Shown here piece after piece: positions 1-9,811 of a stretch of 32,277 bases of DNA (positions are counted from its first letter, which is position 1; each line of letters begins with the position of its first letter). The notes below the pieces were generated by a model. That model worked only from the letters and a program-made list of their open reading frames with translations, ran no database searches and was not told the DNA's origin. A program made the position numbers and the translations under genes. The stretch is taken from sequence record SRR20825006_2897. One strand, written 5' to 3'.

Positions 1-2
1 TT

Positions 3-68
3 TTCTCTTTATTCTATTCTCTTTTATCTCAAATCTCACGTCTCAAGTCTCACGTCTCAAATCTAAAA
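3..68. repeat. Degenerate 7-nt tandem repeat tract (TCTCAnn units)
   Basis: 27-68 reads tctcaaa tctcacg tctcaag tctcacg tctcaaa tctaaaa. It is preceded by ttctctt tattcta ttctctt (3-23) and probably continues beyond the window edge. Confidence 0.85.
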
Positions 69-2159
69 CCCAAACCCCTCCACAGCTTCTAATTGTTTTA
101 AAGCTTGTGCTACGGTGGTGACGGGAAGTTTGCAGGCGCGGCCTTCGCAGACGTAGATATAGGTTTTTTCGGGTACAAAGCGTGATTCAAACAGTGGGAG
201 CTCGCTATCTAAGGTAGTGCCTATGAGCAGGCGGTTGGCCACCGGTTGTCTGCTAAATTCGTCAATGCGTTGTACGGCATCAGGACCTACTACGGCAATT
301 TCATAAAAAGGATAACTATGCTGTATGGCCAGGGTAAGCCATTGGGTATAACTCCAGGGCTGCTCTTTTAGGTTGTCGTGCATTGCCAAAAGCATCGCTT
401 TGGCCTGCTCAAGATAGGGGGTGTTGTAATTGAGATGCCCCAGTTTAAACAGTAATTGCGCCAGCAAGGCATTAGCCGAGGGTTGCACGCCGTCATTGGT
501 CGTGATGATGTTGGTGATGAGTTCGTCGCCGGTGTTAAAAGTATAAAAGGGCGAATTGGCATCTTTGAAATCCGTTTGGGTATTTTTGATGAGTTGGTTT
601 AGGGTATCTAGATACTCCGTATTTGTGGTACTGCTGTACAGGTCTAGGGTGGCTTGACTCATAAACACATAATCATCCAAAAATGCCGGTGCGGCATCGC
701 TATAGGCTTTATACGAATGCATCAAGGTTCCGTTTTTGTAAGCGTTTTCCATTAAAACCGAGTAAAGTTTTTCAGCTTGTTTAAGATATTGCGGCTGCTC
801 AAAACTATGGGCTGCGGTCACCAAACCGGAAATCATCATCGCATTCCAGGGAACGATGATCTTATCATCGGCACGCGGCAGGCTTCGGGTACTGCGCACC
901 TGTTGCAATTCCGTTTTCCATTGGGTGATGAGTTGGGCTAAATGTGCAGCAGAAAGCTTATGTGCTTCGGCAAAGGCGGCATCGGTTTGTGTAGGGTAAA
1001 GGTGCAGGATATCAGTCTCAAAACGAGAGCGCGGCTCTTGCGTGTAATAAGCGTCAAAAAGCGCCTTTTCGGTAGTAATGGCTTTGTCCAGTTGGTTGGC
1101 ATTATACAGGTAATAGCCTCCTTCTTTGCCGTCACTGTCGGCATCCAGCGCGGCGATAAAGCTGCCTTCTTTGGTTTTGAATTGGTTGTTGAGAAAAGCG
1201 ATGGTTTCTTCTGCGCGCTGGCGGTAGATGGGTTTGTCAAACAAGGTATAGGCTCTGGCATAAACACTTATGAGTTGAGCATTGTCTGACAGCATTTTCT
1301 CAAAATGCGGAATCTTCCACAGCGGGTCTACGCTGTATCTAAAAAAACCTCCGGAAACGTGATCATACACGCCGCGCATTGCAATGGCATCAAGGGTTTG
1401 CTCTAAAAAGGCTTTAGATTTCGCATCTTGGGTAAGACTCACATAATCGAGCAACAGATTAAGGTGCGCAGGAAGCATAAACTTTTCAAAACCCTTGCGC
1501 CCTCCATTTTCCATATCCCATTCTTGTTGATAGGTATTGAAAAGCGTATCTATAATTTCCGGACTGTACTGCACGCTGGTATTTGCCGCAGCCTGCTGTT
1601 GTTCTTCTTGAATTCCTGTAGTGAGGCGCTGCGCAAAAGCAGCCGCTTGTTCAGGTTTTTCGGCATAGGTTTTTGATAAGCTGTTGAGCAGCTGCAGCCA
1701 TTCTTCTTTTTTATGGTAGGTGCCGCCATACAAAGGTTTTCCATCGGGTAACACGATCACGTTCAGTGGCCAGCCTCCTTTGCCCGTGATGAGTTGTACC
1801 GCTTTCATATAAACTTGATCTACATCAGGACGCTCTTCGCGATCCACTTTGATATTGATAAAGTTTTCATTCATCACCTGCGCCACATCTTCCTGCGAAA
1901 AGGTTTCTTCTTCCATCACGTGGCACCAATGGCACGACGAGTAGCCTATACTTACCACGACCAGTTTGTTTTCTTTTTTGGCTTGTGCAAACGCCGCATC
2001 ACTCCAAGGTTGCCAGTCCACCGGATTGTGTGCGTGTTGCAACAAATACGGACTCGTTTCTTCTATAAGTTGGTTGGTGTATTTATGGGTTTCCTGAGCT
2101 GTAAGTACAGAAACAGCCAGCAGCACAACGAGCAATGGTAGGAAGAAACAGCGACGCAT
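63..2159 (-). CDS. Thioredoxin domain-containing protein, YyaL/SSP411 (DUF255) family, with signal peptide
   Basis: Motifs [32 protein letters not shown] (CxxC), [24 protein letters not shown] and C-terminal [11 protein letters not shown]. The ORF is open from 2201, but ATG 2159 ([23 protein letters not shown]) gives a clean Sec signal peptide. Confidence 0.92.
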   Translation of the reverse strand: MRRCFFLPLLVVLLAVSVLTAQETHKYTNQLIEETSPYLLQHAHNPVDWQPWSDAAFAQAKKENKLVVVSIGYSSCHWCHVMEEETFSQEDVAQVMNENFINIKVDREERPDVDQVYMKAVQLITGKGGWPLNVIVLPDGKPLYGGTYHKKEEWLQLLNSLSKTYAEKPEQAAAFAQRLTTGIQEEQQQAAANTSVQYSPEIIDTLFNTYQQEWDMENGGRKGFEKFMLPAHLNLLLDYVSLTQDAKSKAFLEQTLDAIAMRGVYDHVSGGFFRYSVDPLWKIPHFEKMLSDNAQLISVYARAYTLFDKPIYRQRAEETIAFLNNQFKTKEGSFIAALDADSDGKEGGYYLYNANQLDKAITTEKALFDAYYTQEPRSRFETDILHLYPTQTDAAFAEAHKLSAAHLAQLITQWKTELQQVRSTRSLPRADDKIIVPWNAMMISGLVTAAHSFEQPQYLKQAEKLYSVLMENAYKNGTLMHSYKAYSDAAPAFLDDYVFMSQATLDLYSSTTNTEYLDTLNQLIKNTQTDFKDANSPFYTFNTGDELITNIITTNDGVQPSANALLAQLLFKLGHLNYNTPYLEQAKAMLLAMHDNLKEQPWSYTQWLTLAIQHSYPFYEIAVVGPDAVQRIDEFSRQPVANRLLIGTTLDSELPLFESRFVPEKTYIYVCEGRACKLPVTTVAQALKQLEAVEGFGF

Positions 2160-2401
2160 AGGTTTACGATTAAGATTTAAAATTTCCGTATTAAAACTCA
2201 TTTAGGCAAATCTTTAGGCTTGAAAGTTTATGACTTTTTAGGGATTTTCTTAAGAATGTTTTGGGAGCATTGCAAAGGCCGGTGGCGACTATTATTGATA
2301 TCTTGAAGACTTAAGGCTCGAAAACTAGCGTATTTAAAGGTGTACCGAATCTTTTGGTCTTTTTGATCACGCTAAAAACCGAAAAACTTCAACAGTAAAC
2401 T

Positions 2402-3202
2402 ATGAAAAAACAAAAAGCACATCAACCGCTAAAGGAAGCTCAACTCACTGATGATGAAGTAGAAATTCTTGATCAGCTGGGCATCTTTGGCGATTCGCGC
2501 CGAAAGTTCTTAGGGCAGATCTCTGCTGCCAGTATGAGCGTTATGGCTACGCCGTATTTCTCTTCAGAATTGCTTGCGCAAACCCAAGCGGGAACCTCAA
2601 AAGACGATTTAGACGCCTTATTGAACAAGGTTGAAGTAAATCTACATGTTAACGGAAAGCAAAATCCATTAACACTTGATTCCCGTACTACATTGCTTGA
2701 TGCCTTACGCGAACATTTACAACTTACCGGGACCAAAAAAGGTTGTGATCACGGACAATGTGGAGCGTGTACGGTAATGATAGATGGTAAGCGAAAACTC
2801 TCTTGCCTTACGCTTGCAGCAACCTGTAAAGACAAAAAGATCAAGACCGTTGAAGGACTGGCCAATACTGCCGGTTTACACCCTATGCAAAAAGCCTTTT
2901 TAAAGCATGATGGCTTTCAGTGTGGTTATTGCACCCCGGGACAGTTGTGTTCATCGGTGGCTTTATTAGACGAGGCTAAACAAGGAGAGGCCAGTTATGT
3001 CACCAGAGATTTTACAAAAGTGACCACCAACCTAGACCTTAGCGAAGAGGAGATCAGAGAGCGTATGTCTGGTAATATCTGTCGTTGTGGGGCTTATAAC
3101 AACATTGTACAGGCTGTGAAAGAAGTGCAAAGTGGGGTTGAGGAGCAACCGAAATGGCGCTTTGCAAGTCTGGATGAATTAAAAGAAGCCGGAGAACAGT
3201 AA
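2402..3202 (+). CDS. paoA: Aldehyde oxidoreductase/xanthine dehydrogenase-family 2Fe-2S subunit (PaoA/YagT-like) with Tat signal
   Basis: GTKKGCDHGQCGACTV...SC, FQCGYCTPGQ and GNICRCGAY cluster motifs. Twin-arginine SRRKFLG followed by a hydrophobic segment. Confidence 0.9.
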   Translation: MKKQKAHQPLKEAQLTDDEVEILDQLGIFGDSRRKFLGQISAASMSVMATPYFSSELLAQTQAGTSKDDLDALLNKVEVNLHVNGKQNPLTLDSRTTLLDALREHLQLTGTKKGCDHGQCGACTVMIDGKRKLSCLTLAATCKDKKIKTVEGLANTAGLHPMQKAFLKHDGFQCGYCTPGQLCSSVALLDEAKQGEASYVTRDFTKVTTNLDLSEEEIRERMSGNICRCGAYNNIVQAVKEVQSGVEEQPKWRFASLDELKEAGEQ

Positions 3203-3299
3203 ATGAGTTCGTATACGCATACGAGAGATTTACAATCAAATTTTAGGCGAGCCTTAGGGTAGTATTCCTTCGGTTGCGCCAACAAACTAAAAAGTATTT

Positions 3300-4292
3300 A
3301 TGAGACCTTTTAATTATATAGAAGCTAAAACAAGACAACAAGCCTTAGCAGCCGTACAGGAACAAGAGCACGCCAAATATCTGGGCGGAGGAACCAACCT
3401 GGTTGACCTGATGAAAGAAGATGTAGAGCGCCCTGAAGCTTTGATCGAAGTGGCCGATCTTGACAATGATACCATAACCTCAAATGCCGTGGGCGGACTC
3501 ACACTTGGGGCGGCCCGAAGCAACGCTGCAACCGCAAATCATCCTGAGGTACGTAAGCAGTACCCGTTGCTATCGATGGCGATGCTTTCGGCAGCAACTG
3601 CACAGATTCGCAATATGGCCACCAATGGTGGGAATCTATTACAGCGCACGCGCTGTCCCTATTTCTTTGAGACTTCCATGCCCTGCAATAAACGCGAGCC
3701 GGGAAGTGGTTGCGGTGCACTGGATGGAGCCAATGCGCAGCACGCGATATTTGGTTGGAGCAAAAGCTGCGTTGCGACGCACCCTTCAGATATGTGCGTG
3801 GCACTTGCCGCGCTGGAAGCTACGGTAACCGTACAAACCCCAGACGGTAGCGAACGGACTATTGATTTTTCAGATTTTCACCGTTTACCGGGTAAACAAC
3901 CGGAATTAGACAATACCCTTGAACCTGGCGAACTCATCACAGCGATCGAGCTGCCTAAACCCCAGTTTACGCAACACTATCATTATTTAAAGATCCGGGA
4001 GCGCTCTAGTTATGCTTTTGCGATTCTTTCGGTAGCGGCAGGTTTAAAGGTAAGAGGAGGTGTGATCACCGATGTAGGTCTGGCGATGGGTGGCGTGGCA
4101 CACAAACCCTGGAAGCTTACCGCAGCAGAAGATTATTTAATAGGAAAAGAGCCTACTACGGAGAATTTTGAGGAAGCCGCACAATTGGCACTTGCCGATG
4201 CGCGTACACTAGAACACAACGCGTATAAAGTCCCTATGGGAATTAAAGCCATTGTACGTACCCTAGATCAAGCCTATTCAAAAGAAGCCTAA
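3300..4292 (+). CDS. paoB: FAD-binding subunit (PaoB/YagS-like) with 4Fe-4S insertion
   Basis: YLGGGTNLVDLMK, QIRNMATNGGNLLQRTRC, cysteine insertion C-PYF...C-NKREPGSG-C...C-VATHPSD, and KIRERSSYAFA. Confidence 0.92.
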   Translation: MRPFNYIEAKTRQQALAAVQEQEHAKYLGGGTNLVDLMKEDVERPEALIEVADLDNDTITSNAVGGLTLGAARSNAATANHPEVRKQYPLLSMAMLSAATAQIRNMATNGGNLLQRTRCPYFFETSMPCNKREPGSGCGALDGANAQHAIFGWSKSCVATHPSDMCVALAALEATVTVQTPDGSERTIDFSDFHRLPGKQPELDNTLEPGELITAIELPKPQFTQHYHYLKIRERSSYAFAILSVAAGLKVRGGVITDVGLAMGGVAHKPWKLTAAEDYLIGKEPTTENFEEAAQLALADARTLEHNAYKVPMGIKAIVRTLDQAYSKEA

Positions 4293-4307
4293 CCGAAAAA
4301 CAACATT

Positions 4308-6467
4308 ATGAATTTAGATACATCAAAAGGAACCGGAAACCCAATAGATCGGGTAGAAGGGAAGCTTAAAGTTACCGGAATGGCGAAATACGCCTCGGAA
4401 TTTAAGGTCAAGAATCTGGTCTATGCACAAGGGATCAATAGTACGATTGCTAAAGGACGCATCACTGCCATTGATACGGCAGAGGCCGAAGCACAACCGG
4501 GCGTCCTTGCTGTGATCACTTATAAGAATGCAGAACGCTTGGCACAATACGATAAAGATTTACACCCGTTATCTACTACAAGTATTCAACCGGTGTTGCA
4601 AAGTGATCAGGTGCATTACTACGGAGAATATGTAGGACTTGTGGTTGCTGAAACCTTTGAACAAGCGCAATACGCCGCAAGGTTGGTAAAATATACGTAT
4701 GCGCAAGAAACGCCGGATATTGACTTTGAAGCTTCAAAAGGAAAGGCATATACTCCCACGGAGCAGTCTGATTATAGCAGAGGTAATGTCGCTGAAGGTC
4801 TAGCGGAGGCTGATGTTACGTTAGATGAAACCTATGTTACGCCCATAGAACATCACCACCCTATGGAACTACACGCGATCATTGGTTCGTGGAATGGCGG
4901 CAATGTACAAGCTTACGCCAGTCAGCAAATGATTGATAACGCAGCAACCACCATAGCCGATACCTTTCAGATCGATAAAAAGAACGTGCGGGTAATATCG
5001 CCTTATGTAGGTGGTGGCTTTGGTTCTAAACTCGCAGCCAAGCAGCACGTGATTTTGGCGCTTATGGCCTCTAAAGCCATTAACCGCCCCGTGCAAATGA
5101 CGGTTTCGCGTAATCAAATGTTTACGAATACTAATTTGCGTCAGCGTAACGAACAACGTATTAAAATAGGTGCAAAAAGCGACGGAACCTTAACCGCGCT
5201 ATCTCACGATACGCTTTCGCACACCTCAACCTATGAGCAATATCAAGAGGCCTGTGGGACGGTTACTAAGATGTTATATAAAACGCCTAACAACAGTGTA
5301 ACGCACCGCTTGATGCCTATGAACCTGCAATCCCCCTTTGCAATGCGGGCTCCGGGAGAAGCAACAGGAAGCTTCGCACTTGAGTCGGCTATGGATGAAA
5401 TGGCCTTTAAATTAAACATGGATCCAATTGCCTTTAGAATCAAAAATGATACGCAGGTAGACCCTAGTAACGGTAAACCTTTTTCCTCACGCTTGTTGAA
5501 TGAATGTTTACGCTTGGGAGCTAAAGAGTTTGGATGGGAAAACCGCCCTCAGAAACCCGCATCAAAGTCTGAAGGAAATTGGCTGGTAGGTTACGGGGTC
5601 AGTGCAGCTTCTCGACGCGCACCTTATATGAAAACTTCGGCGAAAGTCATACTGGAGTTGAAAAACGATACCGTTTGGGCAACCTTACAAATGGATGCTA
5701 CCGATATTGGTACAGGAAGTTACACCATCTTGGCGCAGACCATTTCAGAATATCTAGATATTCCGGTGGAGCAGGTAGATGTGGAGTTAGGAGATTCTGA
5801 ATACCCGGTAACGCCCGGTTCAGGAGGTTCTTGGGGAGCTGCTTCATTTGCTAATGGGGCGCGTGCCGCGTGCGAACAAGCACTGAAAGACTTAAAAGAT
5901 AAAGCCGGTGAAACTGCCGCAACGACTGCTGTTGCTTTAATGAAGGCCGCGCAATTAAGCACTTTGGAAGCCGAAGGCACTGCAGAACCTGACGAAGAGT
6001 ATAAAGCGCACAGTGTGTTTTCTTTTGGAGCCAATTTTACTGAAGTGTGGGTAGATAAAGACACGGGTGTTTTTCGCATCAAGCGTATGCTTAATGTTGC
6101 AAGCTGCGGAAAGATCCTAAATCCTAAAACGGCATTCGGGCAGATCATAGGAGGTTGTGTGATGGGTGCAGGAATGGCGATTGCCGAGCGTACAGAAGTG
6201 GAGCCTAATTTCGGGAACTTCATCACCCGCTCGTTTGCAGATTACCATGTACCGGTAAATCTAGATATGGCAAATATTGATGTGGTGTATCTTCCCGAAG
6301 AAGATAAGATCGCTAATAAAATGGGGATCAAAGGTATAGGCGAACTCGGGATCACGAGTGTTGCGGCTTCTATTGCCAATGCGGTGTTCAATGCAACCGG
6401 TAAGCGTATGCGCGATCTTCCATTGACGCCAGAGAAGATGATTTTAAAAAAAGAAGAAGCAGCTTAA
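4308..6467 (+). CDS. paoC: Molybdopterin-binding subunit (PaoC/YagR-like)
   Basis: RVEGKLKVTG, HHPMELH, VGGGFGSK, MRAPGEA, DIGTGSYT, GSGGSWG and catalytic-Glu motif KGIGELG. Confidence 0.92.
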   Translation: MNLDTSKGTGNPIDRVEGKLKVTGMAKYASEFKVKNLVYAQGINSTIAKGRITAIDTAEAEAQPGVLAVITYKNAERLAQYDKDLHPLSTTSIQPVLQSDQVHYYGEYVGLVVAETFEQAQYAARLVKYTYAQETPDIDFEASKGKAYTPTEQSDYSRGNVAEGLAEADVTLDETYVTPIEHHHPMELHAIIGSWNGGNVQAYASQQMIDNAATTIADTFQIDKKNVRVISPYVGGGFGSKLAAKQHVILALMASKAINRPVQMTVSRNQMFTNTNLRQRNEQRIKIGAKSDGTLTALSHDTLSHTSTYEQYQEACGTVTKMLYKTPNNSVTHRLMPMNLQSPFAMRAPGEATGSFALESAMDEMAFKLNMDPIAFRIKNDTQVDPSNGKPFSSRLLNECLRLGAKEFGWENRPQKPASKSEGNWLVGYGVSAASRRAPYMKTSAKVILELKNDTVWATLQMDATDIGTGSYTILAQTISEYLDIPVEQVDVELGDSEYPVTPGSGGSWGAASFANGARAACEQALKDLKDKAGETAATTAVALMKAAQLSTLEAEGTAEPDEEYKAHSVFSFGANFTEVWVDKDTGVFRIKRMLNVASCGKILNPKTAFGQIIGGCVMGAGMAIAERTEVEPNFGNFITRSFADYHVPVNLDMANIDVVYLPEEDKIANKMGIKGIGELGITSVAASIANAVFNATGKRMRDLPLTPEKMILKKEEAA

Positions 6468-6488
6468 CGCTTCATAATTTTTATATTG

Positions 6489-6527
6489 AAACGTCCTGTA
6501 GCTTAATTGTTGCAGGGCGTTTTTTTT
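6489..6527 (+). terminator. Intrinsic terminator after paoC
   Basis: Stem aaacgtcctgtagc / gttgcagggcgttt (with G-U pairs) followed by a T run to 6527. Confidence 0.8.
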
Positions 6528-6580
6528 GGAGCTATGTTAAATAATAAATTTGTGAAGATTCGGCGTGAGATTAAAGGTTT

Positions 6581-6647
6581 ACCTTCAGCGCAAATCGCAT
6601 AAGCTTGCAACGAGGTTGTTTGTGGGCTATGCCTAAACCAATACGAG
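6581..6647 (-). ncRNA. Candidate SAM-II (long-loop type) riboswitch aptamer, orphan
   Basis: The minus strand reads UCGUAU-UGGUUUAG...ACCU-CG-UUGCAAGCUU-AUGCGA-UUUGC-GCUGAAGGU. This gives P1 UCGUAU/AUGCGA, a UGRUUUA loop motif, UUGCAAGC, a GCU-purine tail and pseudoknot pairing ACCU/AGGU, matching SAM-II order as I recall it. Not confirmed by a covariance model. Confidence 0.65.
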
Positions 6648-6675
6648 TTTAGGGAAACTTATTAAGTTCGACAGT

Positions 6676-7704
6676 TTAAACCTCTTTATGTATACTTCCT
6701 ATTTTATCACGCAATGAAGAAACCTCGCGTTTGCGTTTTACAGCGAGTATTTCCGCGAGTACCGATAATGCAATTTCTTGCGGAGTGATGGCACCAATAT
6801 CTATTCCGGCAGGGCCGTAGATGCGATCAAGTGCCGTGGCATCCAGATCTGGTTTGTAGTCTATGAGTTCGTTAAACAACTTTTCTCTACGCTTTGAACT
6901 TCCTAAAATTCCTATATACTGCGGCTGCTTATCCAAAATATGAACTAAGAAGTTGAGGTCTGTTGCATAATTATGGTTCATCAGCACCACAGCAGATTCA
7001 GCATCGATGTGTAAACCCGACGCTTGTTGCGGAAGCAGATGCAATACTTCTTGTACACCCGGAAAATTCGCTTTGGTTTTGGGATCTTTAGGAGAGGCGA
7101 TCACACGCACATCCCACCCCATCTGAGCGCCTAACGTACCCAGTTGTACCGCATCGTGTTCGGCACCAAATAAAAACAACTGAAAAACAGCAGGCAAAAC
7201 CTGAGTAAAGGTCTCAACCTTTGTTGTGGATTGCACATTTTCTTGAATAGAAGATAAGGCTAAGGTTTCCTCGTTGGTTTTTACAACAGTACCTAAGGGT
7301 AGTTCAACAGCTTCGGTATCTTTCACAAAATAGGAAGTGAGCTGTAGATCCTTACGTTGCTCAAAGATGTTAGTGAGCTTGTTATAAATGCTTTCATCGA
7401 TCTGTAAGGGTTCGATAAGAATATATAAAATCCCTTCACAGCCCAGGCGATACCTACCATCGTAGGTCATCATCTTGGCTTTGCCGGTTTCAAATACCTC
7501 TTGTGCTTGAAAAAGCACTTCCTTTTCAACACACCCGCCACTAACGGCACCGGTCATTGTACCGTTTTCAGCAATGAGCATACGGACGCCCGGTTTGCGA
7601 TAAGATGAACCGTCAAGAGCCACCACACTGGCCATAACACAAGCCGTGTTGGTTTGAAAATAGGTATAAGCAGTTTTAATAAGGGTACGGAATTCGTGTG
7701 TCAT
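6676..7704 (-). CDS. xdhC: XdhC/CoxI family Moco-insertion chaperone
   Basis: GSSYRKPGVRM, GAVSGGCVE, LGCEG, VVLMNHNYATD, YIGILGS and GPAGIDIGAITPQEIALS. Confidence 0.93.
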   Translation of the reverse strand: MTHEFRTLIKTAYTYFQTNTACVMASVVALDGSSYRKPGVRMLIAENGTMTGAVSGGCVEKEVLFQAQEVFETGKAKMMTYDGRYRLGCEGILYILIEPLQIDESIYNKLTNIFEQRKDLQLTSYFVKDTEAVELPLGTVVKTNEETLALSSIQENVQSTTKVETFTQVLPAVFQLFLFGAEHDAVQLGTLGAQMGWDVRVIASPKDPKTKANFPGVQEVLHLLPQQASGLHIDAESAVVLMNHNYATDLNFLVHILDKQPQYIGILGSSKRREKLFNELIDYKPDLDATALDRIYGPAGIDIGAITPQEIALSVLAEILAVKRKREVSSLRDKIGSIHKEV

Positions 7705-7720
7705 AGCTAAGGCTGAAGTA

Positions 7721-7728
7721 CAAAGTTA
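7721..7728 (-). promoter_or_regulatory. Bacteroidetes -7 promoter box for xdhC
   Basis: TAACTTTG on the minus strand, 16 nt upstream of the ATG. Confidence 0.65.
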
Positions 7729-7919
7729 GGCATAAAGTATGCTTTAAATGTAAATGTGCATTACCCGCGAGTGCTAAACTTATATTAATTGCAAGTCCGG
7801 GCATTCTAAAGTGCCACGCGGTCTAAGTTTTACCTTTATTTTAATAAAAAGCCCTGCGTTTATCTGTAAATTTTCAGATTGAGAATGATTCCAACAAAAA
7901 AATAAGCATTACAAATTTT

Positions 7920-9761
7920 ATGAAAGAGCACAGCGGTTATCCCGGTATAGAAAGTTATGGTGTAATAGGAAATTGCCAGACCTGCGCGTTGATCCAGCGG
8001 GAGGGCAGCATCGACTTTATGAGTTTTCCGGAATATGATTCGCACTCGGTTTTTGCAGCTCTTTTAGATCAGCGCAAAGGCGGAAGTTTTAATACGCCTC
8101 CGCAAGCGCCTTATGCTAAGTGTTTTCAGGAATATATACTAGATACCAGTGTGCTTACCACACGCTTTCTTTCTGAGGATTATAATGTGGAGTTTACAGA
8201 CTTTATGCCTATTCAAGCAGATGGCAGTGCTGAGGTTAATCAGTTAGTTCGTAAAATCAGCCTCATTCGCGGAAACCTCGATTTTGATCTTATTCTTGAG
8301 GTGCTTATCAACTATGGCAAACTCACTACCCAAGTTGAGGTTATAGATGAGTATACCCTGATTTTTAAAAATCAAGAACACGCCGATGCCTTGAAAGTAC
8401 GGGCAACGCTGCCCATTACAGCGCACGGAAGTATTAAAAAAAGCTTTTCCTTAAGCGAAGGGCAGGATGCTTATTTTAACATAGAAAGCGCCGATGCCCC
8501 GGCTTTAGATCATACGATTGAAGAAGAAATAGCATGTCTGGAGAACAAGTTGCACGCAACGCTAAAATTCTGGCATCAGTGGATCAAAACGTGTAACTAT
8601 CACGGCGATTTTGCCGAACATATGAAACGCTCGGCCATTACCTTAAAACTATTGACCAGTGCCAAATACGGTTCGACGGTGGCGGCACCTACTTATGCGT
8701 TACCCGAAGAAATTGGCGGTGATAAAAACTGGGATTACCGGTATGCCTGGGTGCGGGATGCCGCATTCACGATGTACGCCTTTATGCGTCTAGGCTTTCT
8801 GGAAGAAGCATCACAGTTTATGAAATGGATCTACGACCGTATAGATATTGACATCAACGGCGGGGTGGAATTACAAATTATGTATCGAATAGACGGAAGC
8901 CGGGACCTTGAAGAAGAGGAGCTGGATCTGGAAGGGTACAAAGGCTCGAAGCCTGTGCGCATAGGGAATGCAGCAACAAGCCAAATACAATTAGACGTTT
9001 TTGGGGAATTGATGGATACCATTTATCTGTTTGATAAATACGGTCAGAATGTGATGTACAGCTTTTGGCAGAATGTAGAAAAGCTTATTGATTATGTATG
9101 TAAAAACTGGCAAAATGCAGATCACGGTATTTGGGAAGTGCGTGAGGTAAAACGGCATTATCTTTTTTCAAGGTTGATGTGCTGGGTGGCTTTAGACCGC
9201 GCGATTCGCTTGGTGCGTAAACGCTCGCTACCAACCGATGTTAGCACTTGGGAGAAAAACAGAAACCTCATTTTTCAAGATATTTATGATAATTTCTGGG
9301 ATGAGGAATTACAAAGCTATGTGCATTTTAAAGGGGCTAAAACTGTAGATTCATCGCTATTGATGATGCCTTTGATGAAATTTATTAGTCCGTATGACAA
9401 GCGCTGGGTAAAAACCTTAAAAGTCATCGAAGATCAGCTGATCGTTGATGATGTTTTGGTCTACCGAAACCTGCACGATAGTATTCCGCATAAGGGAGAT
9501 TCCGCAGAAGGATCTTTTACCATTGGTTCTTTTTGGTATATCGAGTGTCTTTCTCGAGGGGGAGAGATCGCGAGAGCAGAACGTTATTTTCAAAAGCTGA
9601 TGAGTTACGGGAATCACCTCAAACTCTTTTCGGAAGAATTGAGTCCGTCTGGCGCGCAGCTGGGGAACTTTCCGCAGGGATTTTCACATCTAGGATTGAT
9701 CAGTACGCTGTTTTCAATAGATCGTCAAAAAGGTCAAAATACGTTTGTTTTAAAGCAGTAA
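7920..9761 (+). CDS. Glycoside hydrolase family 15 (trehalase/glucoamylase-like)
   Basis: YGVIGNCQTCALI, AAPTYALPEEIGGDKNWDYRYAWVRD, GIWEVR and LFSEE...LGNFPQGFSH. No signal peptide. Confidence 0.93.
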   Translation: MKEHSGYPGIESYGVIGNCQTCALIQREGSIDFMSFPEYDSHSVFAALLDQRKGGSFNTPPQAPYAKCFQEYILDTSVLTTRFLSEDYNVEFTDFMPIQADGSAEVNQLVRKISLIRGNLDFDLILEVLINYGKLTTQVEVIDEYTLIFKNQEHADALKVRATLPITAHGSIKKSFSLSEGQDAYFNIESADAPALDHTIEEEIACLENKLHATLKFWHQWIKTCNYHGDFAEHMKRSAITLKLLTSAKYGSTVAAPTYALPEEIGGDKNWDYRYAWVRDAAFTMYAFMRLGFLEEASQFMKWIYDRIDIDINGGVELQIMYRIDGSRDLEEEELDLEGYKGSKPVRIGNAATSQIQLDVFGELMDTIYLFDKYGQNVMYSFWQNVEKLIDYVCKNWQNADHGIWEVREVKRHYLFSRLMCWVALDRAIRLVRKRSLPTDVSTWEKNRNLIFQDIYDNFWDEELQSYVHFKGAKTVDSSLLMMPLMKFISPYDKRWVKTLKVIEDQLIVDDVLVYRNLHDSIPHKGDSAEGSFTIGSFWYIECLSRGGEIARAERYFQKLMSYGNHLKLFSEELSPSGAQLGNFPQGFSHLGLISTLFSIDRQKGQNTFVLKQ

Positions 9762-9811
9762 GCCTACCTCAATTGATCATTGAGCACGCTTTATGAATCC
9801 TTAAAAACTCG

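Noticed and set aside
3-68. CRISPR array
   Set aside because: The units are 7-nt tandem repeats without spacers, and no cas genes are present.
63-2201. Horizontally acquired island suggested by an apparently higher GC content
   Set aside because: The impression is by eye only and was not computed. No integrase, tRNA or flanking direct repeats are visible.
6560-6670. Moco riboswitch on the plus strand (CCUAA and GGGAAAC near Mo-enzyme genes)
   Set aside because: It lacks the closing P1 and GAAAGG elements as I recall them, and no gene lies downstream. The minus-strand SAM-II fold explains the sequence better.
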